Shown here one piece after another: positions 48,926-62,925 of a stretch of 64,000 bases of DNA; the first letter of the stretch is position 1; the number at the start of each line of letters is the position of its first letter. Source of the DNA: Tubiluchus corallicola (lineage: Eukaryota > Animalia > Priapulida); contig JAQGDQ010000088.1 of assembly GCA_030141605.1 (NCBI GenBank), positions 434,001 through 498,000 of the forward strand. The letters run 5' to 3'. Below the pieces are notes generated by a model that was not told the origin of the DNA, did no database searches, and saw nothing but the letters and a program-made list of their open reading frames with translations. The translations under genes and the position numbers were made by a program.

Positions 48926-49492
48926 ATAAACAAAAATAATTGAATGGATATTACTGAAAATGGATTTACAGGCCAGTCGAGTGACCCTATGACTCTCCCG
49001 TTCTGATAAAAAAGGGTTTGAGACAAAGATGATGAAGATTCAGCTGATCCGTCAAGTCTACACTTAGTGTTCAATGGCAGCGTCCAGTTTTCAGTTTGTC
49101 AGAATGCTTATTAGTTTGTGAAATTGGTATCAGATTGATTCCTTGCTTTTTGCATAAGACCTCATAAAATTATGTAGAAATGGCCATAAAGTAAGCACGG
49201 TCAGATTTGTCGTAGCTTTACTGGTTCTGAACTTTCAAAGAACTGGGCCAAGCAAAATTAGTGTGCCGCGAATAGCTATTTCTCTCACTTTACTTTCCGT
49301 CCATCCTTTAGATCTTTCGATATATAACTGATAGTTCCGTTTTAAATGGGAGACTGAGGTTTTGCTAATCAGTGTGTTGCCGTTATGTTAACTTTGAACT
49401 TGTAAACTTTTTCACACGTCGTTTTTTTAAATGTGGCTTATCAGTATCCACGTACGCGTTTGTGTTTTACTGGACTAGATTCTTGATTAAAA

Positions 49493-49670
49493 ATGTCGTT
49501 CATATCACATATTCCTTTTATAAAAGACAGTGTTCGTCAAACACAAGAAGTTGAAGAAACTCCAAGAAATATACAGGATGAACTTGCAGATGAAGGAGCT
49601 TCTGGAACTCCAGAGTTTTCTGGCCACTTAGCATTTGCAGAGAAAGTTGATCACGATCGAAAGGTCAAAA
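49493..49670 (+). CDS. SNX21: Sorting nexin 20/21-like, coding exon 1
   Basis: AAAATG start, acidic N-terminus with FSGHLAF (compare the LSGTLSF-type motif of SNX21). Donor A|GTGAGA is phase 1 and fits exon 2. Confidence 0.7.
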
Positions 49671-50698
49671 GTGAGATTATTAATGTTATAATTTGTAAAA
49701 AAACTCATAACGAGACTTGCAGGTAGGCGATGGTTGTTTTATAATAATCAGATTTAATGATCTTATCTTATGATTGTTAGAATTGCAAATTAAAGTGCCA
49801 TGTTTATTTCAGCTCATACTGAATTTTTATTTTTCAGTTGTATTTTTTAGTTAGGCATTATTTAGCCAACTAGCCCATATACACCAGAGTAGAGCATGAT
49901 ACTTGGTCCATCCCATGTACCGTGCTTGCTACTTTGGCTGATCCAAATGGCATGCACAGTACAGGAGCTGCGAAGAAGTTTATAGGCTTATTCACTGCTA
50001 TAATTGAAAAATATGGCTAAAACACTAGAAAATCGCTGCAAAAGATAAATTGTGATTTCGAACAAAATTAAAATTGAATTACAAGATTTCAGAATCGTCC
50101 ATCACTAATAATTATTTGACAAGCCAAATACATTTTTCTAAAGTTTTTGGTTCATATAACTGACAATACCAGTATATAGTTTTTAAACTATTTTTTACAC
50201 ACAGGAAGTGTGCAGTTTTATTCATAGTTAATTGCTTTAAAATCAGGCTCAGTTGTCATCTCAGTTTGCATTTTGTCAACAAGAATACTAAATTAGAACG
50301 AAAAAAGTCTATCTACATTTTATTTTATTAAAATTAATTATTGTTATTATTATTATTGATAATAATATCGTTTAATTATTTTATTGTAAAATTGCATAGG
50401 ACTCGGGCAAGATAAATAATTCAAGTTTTTAAATCATTGAAGTGTGTAGTGCACATAGAGATAAACCAGCATTAAATGCAGTCGGATGCTACTTGTTCAA
50501 ATGCCACAAGTAAGCTCACATAAAATTCTGATTACTTATAAAATCTGTGCGCACTTGGGCAGCTCACGTAGCACACATGTTTCTGAGATATATTGTGCAT
50601 GTGGGGTAGTGCAAGTACTGCATATACGGGCTAGAGTGCCAAATGATGCCCGGCACTTTGTCATATTTTTCTTTATAATACGAGTTTCAAATTTGCAG

Positions 50699-50844
50699 AT
50701 ATTTATGAAGTTCAGAAAACAAATTCGTGTATAAGTGAAGATATGACAGGAGTAGATTCTCAGGGGAAATTTCACGCTTTGGAAACTATCGTTTTTGAAG
50801 TCACTCGAGCAGAATGTGTGACAGAAGGAAGGCACACTTTTGTA
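50699..50844 (+). CDS. SNX21: Sorting nexin 20/21-like, coding exon 2 (start of PX domain)
   Basis: Acceptor TTTGCAG, donor GTGAGT, 146 nt, phase 1/0. Ends IVFEVTRAECVTEGRHTFV, the first PX strands. Confidence 0.85.
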
Positions 50845-51139
50845 GTGAGTAAACTGTAATAATTAAAAACAGAAAACCCTTTGCAAATACGAAACATTAC
50901 AAATAAATATTTTGCCGGTCACAGTTACTACTGTACTGACAGGATTACTCTACCGTACGTCCCATAACACAGATTAAGTATGAGTCTTTCTAGCAGTTTA
51001 CATAAAGTTACTACAATAGACGTTTTTCTGTTTTTCTTTTCATGTTGGCTGTACATGTACTCAGTATTTTGTGGAACTTACAGAATTGCGTGAAATACTC
51101 TAATCTAAGTTTAGTGTGAATAAATTATTCTTTTCGTAG

Positions 51140-51817
51140 GTGTACTGGCTGATGGTTATCAAAACCCCAGGCTTAGACGAGCGTCCTACTGTAATAAAAC
51201 GACGGTATACTGATTTTCACAACTTGCATGAAAAACTAAAGGAACAATTACCTGATTTAATTAAGCCTTTGGATTTCCCAAAGAAGTTGCTGATTGGAAA
51301 TTTTAAATTTGAAAATATTAAGCAGAGAAGTCGAGCCTTTGAGAATTACCTTTCAGCATTGTACTCAATCGAGCGGATACGTAATAACGAACATTTTTTG
51401 CATTTCTTTTATGTTCCTGAGTTGTCTAAAGCTTACGATTGTATCCGAAGTGGAGATTATGCTGATGGTGTGCCAATTATGACTGCTGGATTACATATTC
51501 AACAGAAGTTGTTAGGAGAAAGGCATGCAGAGACAATAGCCACACTTTGCGGTTTAATTGTGTTATATAACATGACAGAAAATTTGCTGGAAGCATTGGC
51601 AAAATGTGAAAAGTGTTTATCTTCAATTGGCAGTGATGTGAGGCAAGTTTACCTTGTTCCGTTGTTGCAATTAAGTATACGGTTGTGCTGGTCCCTTGGC
51701 AAAGATAAGCGGCACTTGGAACAGTGGCTGCATGACTTACGTACGAAAGGCTTAGATGTAGATGGTGCTCCAACTTTGCTTGAAATGGCTGTTAGAAGAT
51801 TTGCAACAAACACATAG
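51140..51817 (+). CDS. SNX21: Sorting nexin 20/21-like, last coding exon (PX plus PXB/TPR-like domain)
   Basis: Acceptor TTTTCGTAG. PX motifs KRRYTDF, FPKK and RSRAFENYL, then a helical PXB region ending LCWSLGKDKR. Spliced total 333 aa. Confidence 0.92.
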   Translation: MYWLMVIKTPGLDERPTVIKRRYTDFHNLHEKLKEQLPDLIKPLDFPKKLLIGNFKFENIKQRSRAFENYLSALYSIERIRNNEHFLHFFYVPELSKAYDCIRSGDYADGVPIMTAGLHIQQKLLGERHAETIATLCGLIVLYNMTENLLEALAKCEKCLSSIGSDVRQVYLVPLLQLSIRLCWSLGKDKRHLEQWLHDLRTKGLDVDGAPTLLEMAVRRFATNT

Positions 51818-54800
51818 CATTATCTAAGCTTTAGTAGTACAAACTACGGTTCAAGTGGATTTCTTAATTTGTGTGAAATTTGCCATATATGAACTTCATA
51901 TACAGTATCTGATTTTGCAGTGTATTAAAAAATTACACATATTATTAGTAGAAATAATAACGTAAGGTTGTGAATTATAGGTATTAACACCTCCTGCATG
52001 TAATTTCTTACACGCTAAAATACAGGCTGCACCTTTTGCAATTTCTGAAGAGTTAACACTAAAATATCACTAAGAGTTAAGAGCTAAAATATCATTCTTG
52101 AATCATTTGGGAAAACATAGTTGCTAACAAAATTTTGGTTTTAGAATTCCTTCTAACTTTTGTCAGGTTTTGTTTACATATGTTTGTCTGAAGCTATATT
52201 AGGTGCTTTTTAAATAATGCGGTGCAAAGACGTAGAAAATGTTTCATACATATAGTTTTTGCAGTGCATAACATTTAAGTTGCACTGCACTTTTAATTTA
52301 GTTGGCAATTAATATTTATAATGAACACTAAAAACTGTGCATGATTATGTCGTAAATATTGCATCTGAACATGTGTCGCTGAAAATGTGAGTATGTTGTT
52401 GAAGGAATTAATATAACTACAGGTCTTTACTTGTGACTACTCTTTTTGAGTCCTGGAGGGTTTGCAAATTTTGCGAAATAATAAATAGAATGTGTTTAAA
52501 CTTTAAATGCAATTTCTAAGTATTATTTCTAGTAGTCTGTAGTTCTGCATTTACAAGGTTCATGATTAATGGCTTGTTTAACTTAGTCCTGCTAGTTTAC
52601 AAGTATCAGAACATTAAAAAAATTTAAAAATGAAACCATAATAATAAAGGGTGTGGTGTTGTTTTACTTATGTATTAACAGTACATGTGTAACATGTGCT
52701 ACAACACTCGAAATAGTATAAATCTCTCCGTTTGTTACCAGTTCTACTTAGAACGTCTTTTGAAGATAACTTGCACTTTGTGAAATGTTTTTATCTGTCA
52801 GTGTAGCAGCTACCTACATATACTGGGGTCAGTAATGTATGCATTATTAAGTTATTATTTTTAGGATCTACATGAATGAGTAATTTGTAAACAATAGAGT
52901 TTGTCACAGGTGTATATTTTTTGACTTCAGGCTATTTTTATTTTCTAAGTTTTATGTATATGTTGGACTAGGTTAATGTAATTTTGTTTTACAGGTACCG
53001 TACCATATGCGTTAAGATAAGCAAAAACCGTGGAAAAATCTACTATGAAAATGCATTTTTAAATCACCAGGCACCTAGTCAGTAGTGTCCAACAGCCACT
53101 TAACAGTAGCATTTCATAGATTACTTCTAGGTTAGAACTTAGAAAACATAATAGTAAGAAAGACCACTGACATTAAATTAATATCAATAACACAGCTCAT
53201 CACTGTTCATAACTCTAAATGTTTGATGGGGATATCTGGCTACCATCATCATTAGCAGGGAATAAGTTAATAAGCCTAATTATAAGTCTAAAAATTGTAA
53301 ATAAAAGCAATTTCCTCTACGAGCTTCAGCAATGACTAACTATGGAATGCCTACAACTACTGAAATAATAATTAGCAAACTCTGTTTTAATTAATGTGTA
53401 GTTTAATGTGCACTTTCTAGATTTAACATAAATGTTTTTCGGTTAGCAACTGTATCATTAAAGTAAAGTAACTTTCTAATTCCCTTTTACAATCATTTTT
53501 ATGTTTATACCTGTTGATGATAACAATGTTGAAATACGAGCATGTCGAAATGCTCAGGAAATACATAGTTTATATTCATAGGAAGGCCAATTAATTGGAA
53601 TACCAAGAAACCATTCATTAAAGCTAGAAATTTCTTTTTTAAGTTAGCTCTCCGAGTAAAGAGGCGAAAGTATGAAGACTTCTAGAGTTCAGTTCTACAT
53701 CGTTAATTTTCTAATTATACGTAACTGCAACTATATATTTCCTTTGTGATAAATGTAATTCCTGATTATCGCACTCTACATACTGCAATATGAAGTAAAA
53801 TTTCTAATTACACTAGCCACTACTATTGGAAATAAAAGATCTTAGGTAAAAAGCTTAGCTTTTGTTAATGCTGATGAGTATTATTTTGGTGAGTGCCTGT
53901 GCTCAAAACCATATTAATTTTAGTCTAGATCGAGTGCCGGAATTGTGTCTTTCGGGTTAGAACTGATGATGCAATTGGCCATAAGACAAACTTCTTTGCA
54001 GTCTCGCAGAAATATAGCACTTTTTCAAACGAACATCTTTTTTCTCTAGTTGATTTTATTCACTCTAATAAACCTCTAGTGACCCTATTTTAACAGAGAA
54101 TTTTATTATTCTATATGTAAGAAGTAGCAACAAATCTTGATGGTTAATTATAGGCAACTAAAACAGTATTAAGTAGTTCAAGGTTACAGTACGTAGCGCA
54201 TTGATAATTTTGATTGATAATACTGATAATTTTCTGATGTCACAAAATTTATTAATTAACCAAAGTACAAAATGAAGGTAACAGTTACCTCATTTCTATT
54301 TTGACATATGGACATAGAAAAAATATTTTAAGATCATTGATTTTTTTAATCGCTAGTTAACATATTTTACAGTACAGTAAAAAAAGTCGTATAAAATGCA
54401 ACAACGCAGTTCTTTGTTGAGTCATTAACGAATATTGTAACGTAAATAAAGCAGACTCGATGTGTGCTTAATATGTAGCAAAGTACAATAATATGTCATT
54501 GACATAGTATACTTTATACAAATACAGGCAATTGAAATTTCACATAAAGCTGGACCTCAAATCATGTATGCACATCAAGCAATGTTTGTTAAATTAGCTG
54601 GGGGTATTTCATTCCATGCGAGTGTAATACCAAATCAATAGCTCTGTAGATTAATAATATCACCATTTACGCATTATGCATTTATATAACATAGTACATA
54701 AAGTCCAGATTTGAACAAAATGATGCACAGACATTGCTATCAGTTTTATGTAATCAAATTGAGACAACTGAGGCAGAGCATTATCACCCATAATTACTGT

Positions 54801-57770
54801 ATTCTGCTATTCCTATATTTATTACCAGACTTAAGCTAAACTTGACTAGATGTTAGTTTCAATGGCAATGGATGGGTTTATTTTGGTCATTACACTAAAC
54901 ACTACATTAACACTGTTTACACTACAAAGAGAGATGTGGTCAAGCCCTGCTTCTTTTCAGGAAAAACTTGCATCATTTGCACTGTTGTAAGGAACAATTT
55001 CACTTGACAAATGAAACTGTACATTGTCTGAACTTTTGTGCTCAACACACTGTCTTATAAATAAATATACATCTACATGCAGTTCTACTTGATAAATTTT
55101 TTCAACTACATCACTGAATACTTGTGTACCAATTTAAAATTCACCCGACATGATATCTGTCCAAAAGAATACTGCGTCACACAAATACAAAATGACTAAG
55201 AGGGAAATGGCCCTTCAACCAGGGTGGATATCCATAAGAGTTGCCTGTGGACTCATTTTAAATCATGGATTCTACTGTAAACAGGTTTTTAATAACAGCC
55301 TTTAACTTTTGAGATGTGTGCTTACAAAGAGGACTTTAGTTGAATGAGCAGAAAATTTGACCAAGTCGTTGACTTATCTGCTGGTTAAATGCATTAAATT
55401 TTGACTACAGTTTGATTTTTGCTATTACATGGTAATCATGGTAATACACGAGAGCGTGATTTTTGTCAATTAGAGGTGTGTCACTGCTTTAAAGAGCTAG
55501 AGCAAAATGTGCAACATAATTCAAAGAAAATAATAAGCACAATACATAATTTTGGTAATACATGTACACATAAACATCACCTAAGCGACATATACAACAA
55601 CATCCAATAATAATACATTTTCAATGAATGTACACCACTCTGCAGGTGAGGATGATTGTATAAGAGCGCAATGCATAAAAATGTGTGCTGCTGTTCAATG
55701 AAAATGAAACAAATAAAGCAGCAAAAGAGATACTTTCTTTTCTTGTAGCTATATACAATTTAGTACATCAAATTATAAGCAGCGAGTATTTCTTCAAAAT
55801 GTGAATTTATAGTTAGTTATACAAGCTAAACATATAATGTAGTAGCAAAACTTTACAATAAAGTTTGTCGCATCCAAATACATGTATGACACTAAGTTAC
55901 TGTTGTGCAAATTGCCAAAATCCCCATTCACCATCATCTTTCTATTTTCCTATTTATTATCATCTACTGTGATAAAATGTGAAAGTTAAGTACTATGCTT
56001 GTTTTAATGTTGTTATTACCTAAATGAATTATATGTATGCATGTATAATCTTCAAGATCAACATAATTGAGTTCCCCAGTCCAGAAATGAACCGGACATG
56101 GTTTATTGCAAATTTGCCAGGAATGTCTAAATGCATTAGAGCAACCAATATCGCATCTGAATGCACCAAGATACATTTCACACACAAGCTGTGCAAATGA
56201 ACAAATCTGAAAGCCAAAAGCGCACTTTGCCATAGCTATATTGAGAATGCAAAACAATAAAATAAACGATGTATATAACAATGCAAAAAGCAATTCTGGT
56301 AAAAAGAATTAGCTTTAATATAATACTTATTTTAAAATTCCACTAAATGTAGAAGCTCATGAAAAAAATTTGATTACTAACTGTTTGTTAAAAAATAAAA
56401 TATTACTACCTATTTTTGACAATGATTATGATAATATATCTTTATAGTGTCTATTACTGAATCAGTATGTTAGAATTCAGCATTTCATTTATTACATAAA
56501 ACTTCAGATTTATACACATTGAGATTACTTAGCTGGAAGAATATCCTACACTCCATAAAATCACATCAAGCTTTTGTCTCAGCCTAAAATTTTGTGCTTT
56601 TTTATACTTATCACAACAGCCATGATTCTAGAAGTTTAAATGCAATCTAGTCATTCAATGATGAAGACATTACAATAAGAAATTTAGTGAGAATGTAGCA
56701 AAGCTATACCGAGTACAATGGAATAACTTATTAAATACCTGATAATGATATTCAAGCTTGGTGTTACACATGATCTCACAAATTTACATTTTACACAATT
56801 AAGATTATCTAAAAAAGTTTGCTTAACACAAATCTGTTATGTACTAAAAGTAAGATAAAAATAAGATGCAAATACAAATTCTGATGAGAAAAAAAATAAA
56901 GATTCAAAACAGCATTGGAATGATATTTTGTATACATTTATAATGATAAAAAGTAGTGCTTTAATAAAGCTCATTAAATGGAAAAAACAAAGGACTAAGC
57001 AAACGACAATATTACAAGTAGTACTCTATTTACAAATGCTCACCTTTTCTAAAGCAAAGCACTTCCATGTCTAATATTAAAATTACAACATGATAAAAAA
57101 TGCAAAAGTATATAATTAAAAGTTTCGAAGCATATATGGCGACAATTAAAATAATGCATAAAACTAAATACGAACTAATACACAGCAGATTTTTTTCAAT
57201 TTAAAAAAATACAAGGTTTTTTTCTAGTGAAAGTGAATGGAACATTTTTAAAAATAAACATATTTTGTATATCATAAATGTAATAAAATATATATATATA
57301 TTTACATCACTGTGCATGTGAAAATTATATATTCATTTTGATTTAAATTGAATAATATTTAGCTAACCTTTTTTTACTACAAGACTTGCTGCACAACTAA
57401 TATTATTTACAAATTTTCAAGAAATATACTTATCTGGACAATTGTTCAATAAAAGCTATTCACCATAAAAACCAATCATAAACATGTTTGACAACAATTT
57501 AAGTTTTTCAAAATAAGGTCGTCCCTTAGGAAAATCTTTAGTATTATTTATACAAAACTCAGATTATCTTATACGGAATAACATAAAACTACATTACTAA
57601 AGAATCCACACCTAGCTAATTGACATTTATGGCATTTGAGTATTTTCAATTACTATAACTGATCCTCGCATGGCAAGAAAATGAGTTAAGCGATTTTAGT
57701 CCTCCAATATAATGCGCATACAATATTGCAGAAATAGATAGAGGATTTTTGCAAGAGAATATTAATTTAC

Positions 57771-57893
57771 CTAGGTTTCTACTGTTGAAACCGTTTGCAG
57801 CCGCTGCCTGTCAAATAAGCCATAGCCTTTGTACTGACGAAAGGAGGTGTAGGTGATGTAGCCCGCTATAATCATACATATATAGCCCATCAA
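57771..57893 (-). CDS. MARVEL-domain membrane protein, last coding exon (TM4)
   Basis: Acceptor TTTTTATTTAG, phase 0. Encodes LMGYICMIIAGYITYTSFRQYKGYGLFDRQRLQTVSTVET then TAG. Confidence 0.78.
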   Translation of the reverse strand: MMGYICMIIAGYITYTSFRQYKGYGLFDRQRLQTVSTVET

Positions 57894-58242
57894 CTAAATA
57901 AAAACAGGATGAGTTATAACATAGATCTGAGCCTGCAGGTCTGGCTATAATATGTGTATTAGGAATTTAGGAGTCACAAATCCAAAAATATATTAAAGAA
58001 TTGCATAGCTCTTCGATAGACCTTGCACGAATGCAGAAAATATTTTCTTCAATTTACTCTGCAAGTCAGGTATTTTGGGCATGACCGAAGCCCAAAAATT
58101 TCAGTGAAATTTGCAAAACTTAACCAAACACTGCATTTGTCAGAAAATACTAGCTCAGTCATTTCAAAATAAATTTTGCAGAATATAAATTTCTCTAGCT
58201 TACTAAAATACATATGAAAACGAATGAAATTTTGATACATAC

Positions 58243-58377
58243 CACAGATATAATAAGTTGTTGATATGTCCAATTAGTAACATCAGGATAATGCTTATGA
58301 TAACGAATAATATCTTGAACAACAAGTGACGGACCCAAAGCAAAGAGAAAGAAGCACACAAAGTACAACATCAGATC
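58243..58377 (-). CDS. MARVEL-domain membrane protein, coding exon 3 (TM3)
   Basis: Acceptor TTTCTTTAG, donor GTATGT, 135 nt, phase 0/0. Encodes DLMLYFVCFFLFALGPSLVVQDIIRYHKHYPDVTNWTYQQLIISV. Confidence 0.8.
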
Positions 58378-59972
58378 CTAAAGAAACAAAACAAATTAGA
58401 GTGAAATTAGTTAATGTATATAAGCATATAAATCAAAGGTATCATCACATGCTGACTAAATAACTAGAAATAATTTAATGCAGGAAAAGTCTAAAGAAAG
58501 TTCTAAATCATTTCTCACTTAAAAAAATATGGCACAGCTTTACAATGGGACCATAAACATGTCCAGTGAATTATTAGAAGGTTCTACACTGGACATGATG
58601 TCACACACAGGCTGTAAAACAATGACTGAATTAAAAAAACATAATAAATAGTAAAACTTCAGATCGTACAAAAGGTTTTGCTTTTTGTTTCAGTAAGGAA
58701 GAAAATGCAAACTAGTCAATCATTAGTTCAACCTTTTGGCTGAATTCCAAAAACACAATTATTTTCACATACAAAGTATGGAGAATAGAAAAATGTGCTG
58801 AATAATGAAAAAAGAATACAGTAAATAAAAGCTGATGAAAAGTCCTCAAAATAGACCCAAAGGTAAGGTCATTACCAAAAAATGGCTGAAAAGCTAAAAA
58901 GTGTCTAATACTGTGAGTACGCCAATGTTTTTAAGATTTACAAAAGAAAGCAACAAGTGCATTTGTGATATAGTATTTGAACCTTCAAAAACAATCTATA
59001 CATCCACCCTATTTTTATACAGGATTTTTCTCTGTGTTTCCAAAAATGCTAAGATTGTGTCTACAGACTCTATGGTAACAGAACACAACCAACGTGTCGT
59101 TTCAACAAACAGCAATGACCGTCATCAGCAAAGCAGGTATTTATCTGAGCAGCAAATGAAGTAATAGTTATAAACTGTGTCAAATGTTCAACACTCAACT
59201 CCAGCAGGTTCTTTAGATTTAAATTACAAAATAAATTTAAGTACTACAAAAAATGAGATTTTCAACAAAATTACAAATGGATAAAATCAGTCTAAAATTA
59301 GCCTTAAAAATTCATAAAAATATCGAATAGCTTAAAAAGTTTATTCATAATATTGTAAAACGCATGCTCGGGTGGCTAAGTTTTCAAATTTGTTTACCAA
59401 AGTTACCAGTTTGAAATTTGTAAGGAAGAAGAACACTCCAATTAACACAGTTTCTAATTACTGTTACTGCGCTATAATTTTACTAGTAGGGATAATTTTG
59501 AAATACGGACCATTATTAGGTTCAAAAATGGTAGCTATATTACACAGGTCTTAAAATGGTACCTATGTTATATAGTTCACAAGGTGAAAATATACAATTT
59601 GGAACATGATTCTGAAATATTTAACATTACAAACTACAGATATTGTCAGATTTTTAAATTGCATTTGTTTAAATTGTATAAAATGAACCAAATCTATGTA
59701 TGATAAGGTTTTTCCATAAAAACATTGCAGTTTGATTAATGTATTTAAAATAAAGTTTAAACTAATAGTTTAAATATGTTTCATAGGAGTTATGTATATT
59801 TTTATGAATGAGCTAAAGGATACAGCACTCGTCAAGTTTTACCAAAATCACTTTTAAGATCACTTAAATTCACGTGATCATGAATAACCTTTTGCTTCAC
59901 GTATGCGCATACTACATATATAAGGATTAAGCGGAATATAAACTGAAATGCAAAGATAAGTTAATATTTTAC

Positions 59973-60167
59973 CATAATAACCCAGTTAACTGGAAATGAC
60001 CTGTACAGCTTCGTAACAGAGACAAAGAGCAGTAGCAACGATGACATAAAACCAAATACTGTGACAAATAAATAGATGCGTAGTTCACTGTGCATGGGAA
60101 GTGCCATGAAGTGCTGCCGTGACGTTCCCGATGTTACGACACATATCATCGCTGCAAGAGCACATGC
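59973..60167 (-). CDS. MARVEL-domain membrane protein, coding exon 2 (TM1-TM2)
   Basis: Acceptor TTTGTAG, donor ATG|GTAAAA, 195 nt, phase 0/0. Encodes ACALAAMICV...YLFVTVFGFMSSLLLLFVSVTKLYRSFPVNWVIM; the P-x-NW-xxx-D pattern is typical of CMTM/MAL-type MARVEL proteins. Confidence 0.82.
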
Positions 60168-61299
60168 CTACAAACAAATATTTGAAGAATTTATATAGAA
60201 ACGTAGTCACTGATTCTGTAAATGTTTGTTCGAAGACTCGGACAGTGTTGCTGGGCTTCAATAAAGAACTTGTGTGGGAAGGACATATAAAACAATGTCA
60301 AGTAACGTAAAAACTCGTAGAACATACAAATTTTAAATGCAACTTTTGTAAGATATGCACATAAAACACTATTTGTAGTGGGTGCCAAGTGACAACAAGA
60401 CAAAGTAGCTAGCTCTATACTCAAAGCTGATAAAAGCCTGTTTAAACAGTCTACTGAACCACGAAAGCTCATATTAAACTTGAAACTTTTACGAGGTGCA
60501 AAATGACCATTTTATGGTTCTGCAGTGCAACAATATTGCTAAAAGTATGAATAAAATATTATACGGCAAATGGTAAGCACTCTGTGTTAATAACACCCAA
60601 AGCCTTACTTAGTACTACATAAATTTGTCAAAAAATGAATAATTTGAGATAAATATACTGCATCGGAATATAAAGAAGAAAACTGAAACATCACATTATA
60701 AAAGTTATAGTATTTGATAAAGCTGTTTTAATTTTACTGAGAAATGCTCTTTTTTAAGCAAAAAATTATATTTCTTACTGTGCAGTTGAGCAAACTAGAA
60801 AAATAAATCTGGTACGTTAAAATGTGCACACATATAAACACTATAGTTATAGACATTGAAAAGCCGACTGGATATCTACATCCTCTCTCAACAAGAAAAA
60901 TAGCAGAAGGCAGTACAAATAAGAAGCAGTGTGGCAGATGAAAAGTGAAACTGTTTGAAAGCGATTTTTCAGCTGGCTAAGTGGTTACACAGTTAGTTAT
61001 TACAAATGCTTAGGTTGCTTAACTACCTTACCACAGTGTATAATAGTGTAACATCCTCACACTAGCAGTCTAGCACTGTGTTTACAGCAGTGTCACATTC
61101 CAGACTCTCATTTCGAGGTATAATCAAGTAAAGAGTCTTTACTAGTGGGATTTAAAATTGATGTTAGTCAGGATACATGGCTCAAACCCTAGTCAAAAGT
61201 TTTGAGTCATAATAGCCGTATCTGAATTAAATACCAAAACATTATTTGTAATAAATACCAGAGGTACGATTCCTCCTTATGCAGCCACCTGCCATTTGC

Positions 61300-61540
61300 T
61301 TACTGGTTCATTTGTTTTGTTTGTTTATCTAAACAAAATTGTCATTATTATCCATCTATCAACATAATTATTGAGAACCTCCGCCTTTTTCATCCATCTT
61401 TCTTCGTTTGGCTTCCTCTGTTTTTGCTCTCCACCTTTCTCTCTCTTAATTTCTCCTTCCTTTTCTGACCTTAGCTGATTCAGTCATAATATAGCCGTAA
61501 AGCCAAGCATTAATAGGGCAAAAGGGATGCTGCTGCAACT
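61300..61540 (-). mobile_element. Possible decayed LINE 3' fragment
   Basis: Purine-rich minus-strand stretch (ERWRAKTEEAKR-like) resembling the ends of RTE ORF2. Weak. Confidence 0.25.
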
Positions 61541-62655
61541 CTGTGCTACTGTAGTGTATTTGTCATTTCACTTTAATAAAACCATATAAGCAAGCAAAAC
61601 TCATGAACTCATAAACCATTTTAGCAAGTACTTACAGGGCTAAAGGGTGCCTGGGAAGTGCTACTGTTCAGTTTCACTGCAACCTCAAATTAGTGAATAC
61701 ACAAATGGTGTACTTATTGTACTAGTTGAGGGACTTAATTAGATAAAATTAACATACTAATTCTTATTCATAAACTGGCCTGCACAAGAATGTCAATGAT
61801 ACTTGCAAATAAATGACTGCTGAATCATTGCTTATATTAAAGTTATATGCATTGCATTTTTTTAACTTGGGGAACAGCTTATCACATATAAAGGGTAATG
61901 GCATCATAGATAAACAATACATACTTTAAGCGAGTTGCTTTAATTACACGAATGCTAATAAATTATTGCATTTTACCTAAAAACTTTTTACAAGCAATTT
62001 ACCGAGTGCTAAGTGTATTGTTTTCATAAATAAACCATATGCACTTTAGTAACATACAAAATCTACTTAGTAGGTCTCTTTGGTTTATAAATCCAGCCAT
62101 TTAAATCAATTTAGCTTCGCACAAAGGTGGATTTATTGAACAAACTATGATGTATTTAATAATGCAATTCAACATTTATCAGTACAATTTTAAGGAAAAA
62201 AACAATGAAAAAGCCATAAAATAAAATACAGCTACTTTATCTGAAACAAACGTTTAAGAAAAATTGTAACAGGAAAAATGCATAGATCAAAACAGCATAT
62301 TCTTCAGATGTTAGGACTAAGAGGTACACACTAAACGCATCGTATATTCTCTGAAAATGTCGATGCATTTACCAATGCATTGTAGGCCTATCTTGTTAGT
62401 AAAATGATTTTCGAGTCCAACGCCTGAATGCTAAATAGTAGATTTTTAAAAAAGATAGCTTAGCACTACTTAGATAACTTACTTAATATCTGTACTAAGT
62501 ACAACGATAGATGCTCTAATGTTAAATTTTTTATACTAAGGAGTCAGTGTATGTGTGCATCTGTGCTTTCAAAGACTAGCATTTATAAATTATCACGCTG
62601 AAAGTGCTAACCATAAAAATAGAATACTATGAAATAGAAGTAGACAATATCATAC

Positions 62656-62925
62656 CGAATGTACAAGACGCATAATACCGTCACATGTCTTCATATATTT
62701 CTTGTCGAAATGAACAACAATTGCTTCTTTTGCAAGAAACGGACTTCCATTACCCTCATGAATGTTTGGATTGACAACTGTGAAACGAGCAACATTAGCA
62801 GGCAGCTTTCCCGAGTCTTTTTCTTTATCATCCCCATCTTCCTCTTTTGCTGTTAACGCTTCTCTTTCATGAGGAACAGGCGGTATATCTCCTTCATTCT
62901 GCTCGTTGATGCGTTTTTCACTCAT
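62656..62925 (-). CDS. MARVEL-domain (CMTM/plasmolipin-like) protein, coding exon 1
   Basis: AAAATG start, charged N-terminus, then FDKKYMKTCDGIMRLVHS (MARVEL N-terminal Y-x-x-T-x-x-G-I-L-R pattern). Donor G|GTATGA, phase 0. Four exons give 240 aa with four hydrophobic segments. Confidence 0.8.

Noticed and set aside
49890-50660. Possible TIR element in SNX21 intron 1, and ORFs 50486-50734 and 50536-50835
   Set aside because: Terminal similarity is too weak to call. The ORFs are off-frame or antisense to the real exon 2.
59070-59145. Extra exon in the MARVEL gene after a minus-strand GCTCAG acceptor
   Set aside because: The phase-0 frame meets a TAG after about 24 codons, and exons 2 and 3 already join in frame.
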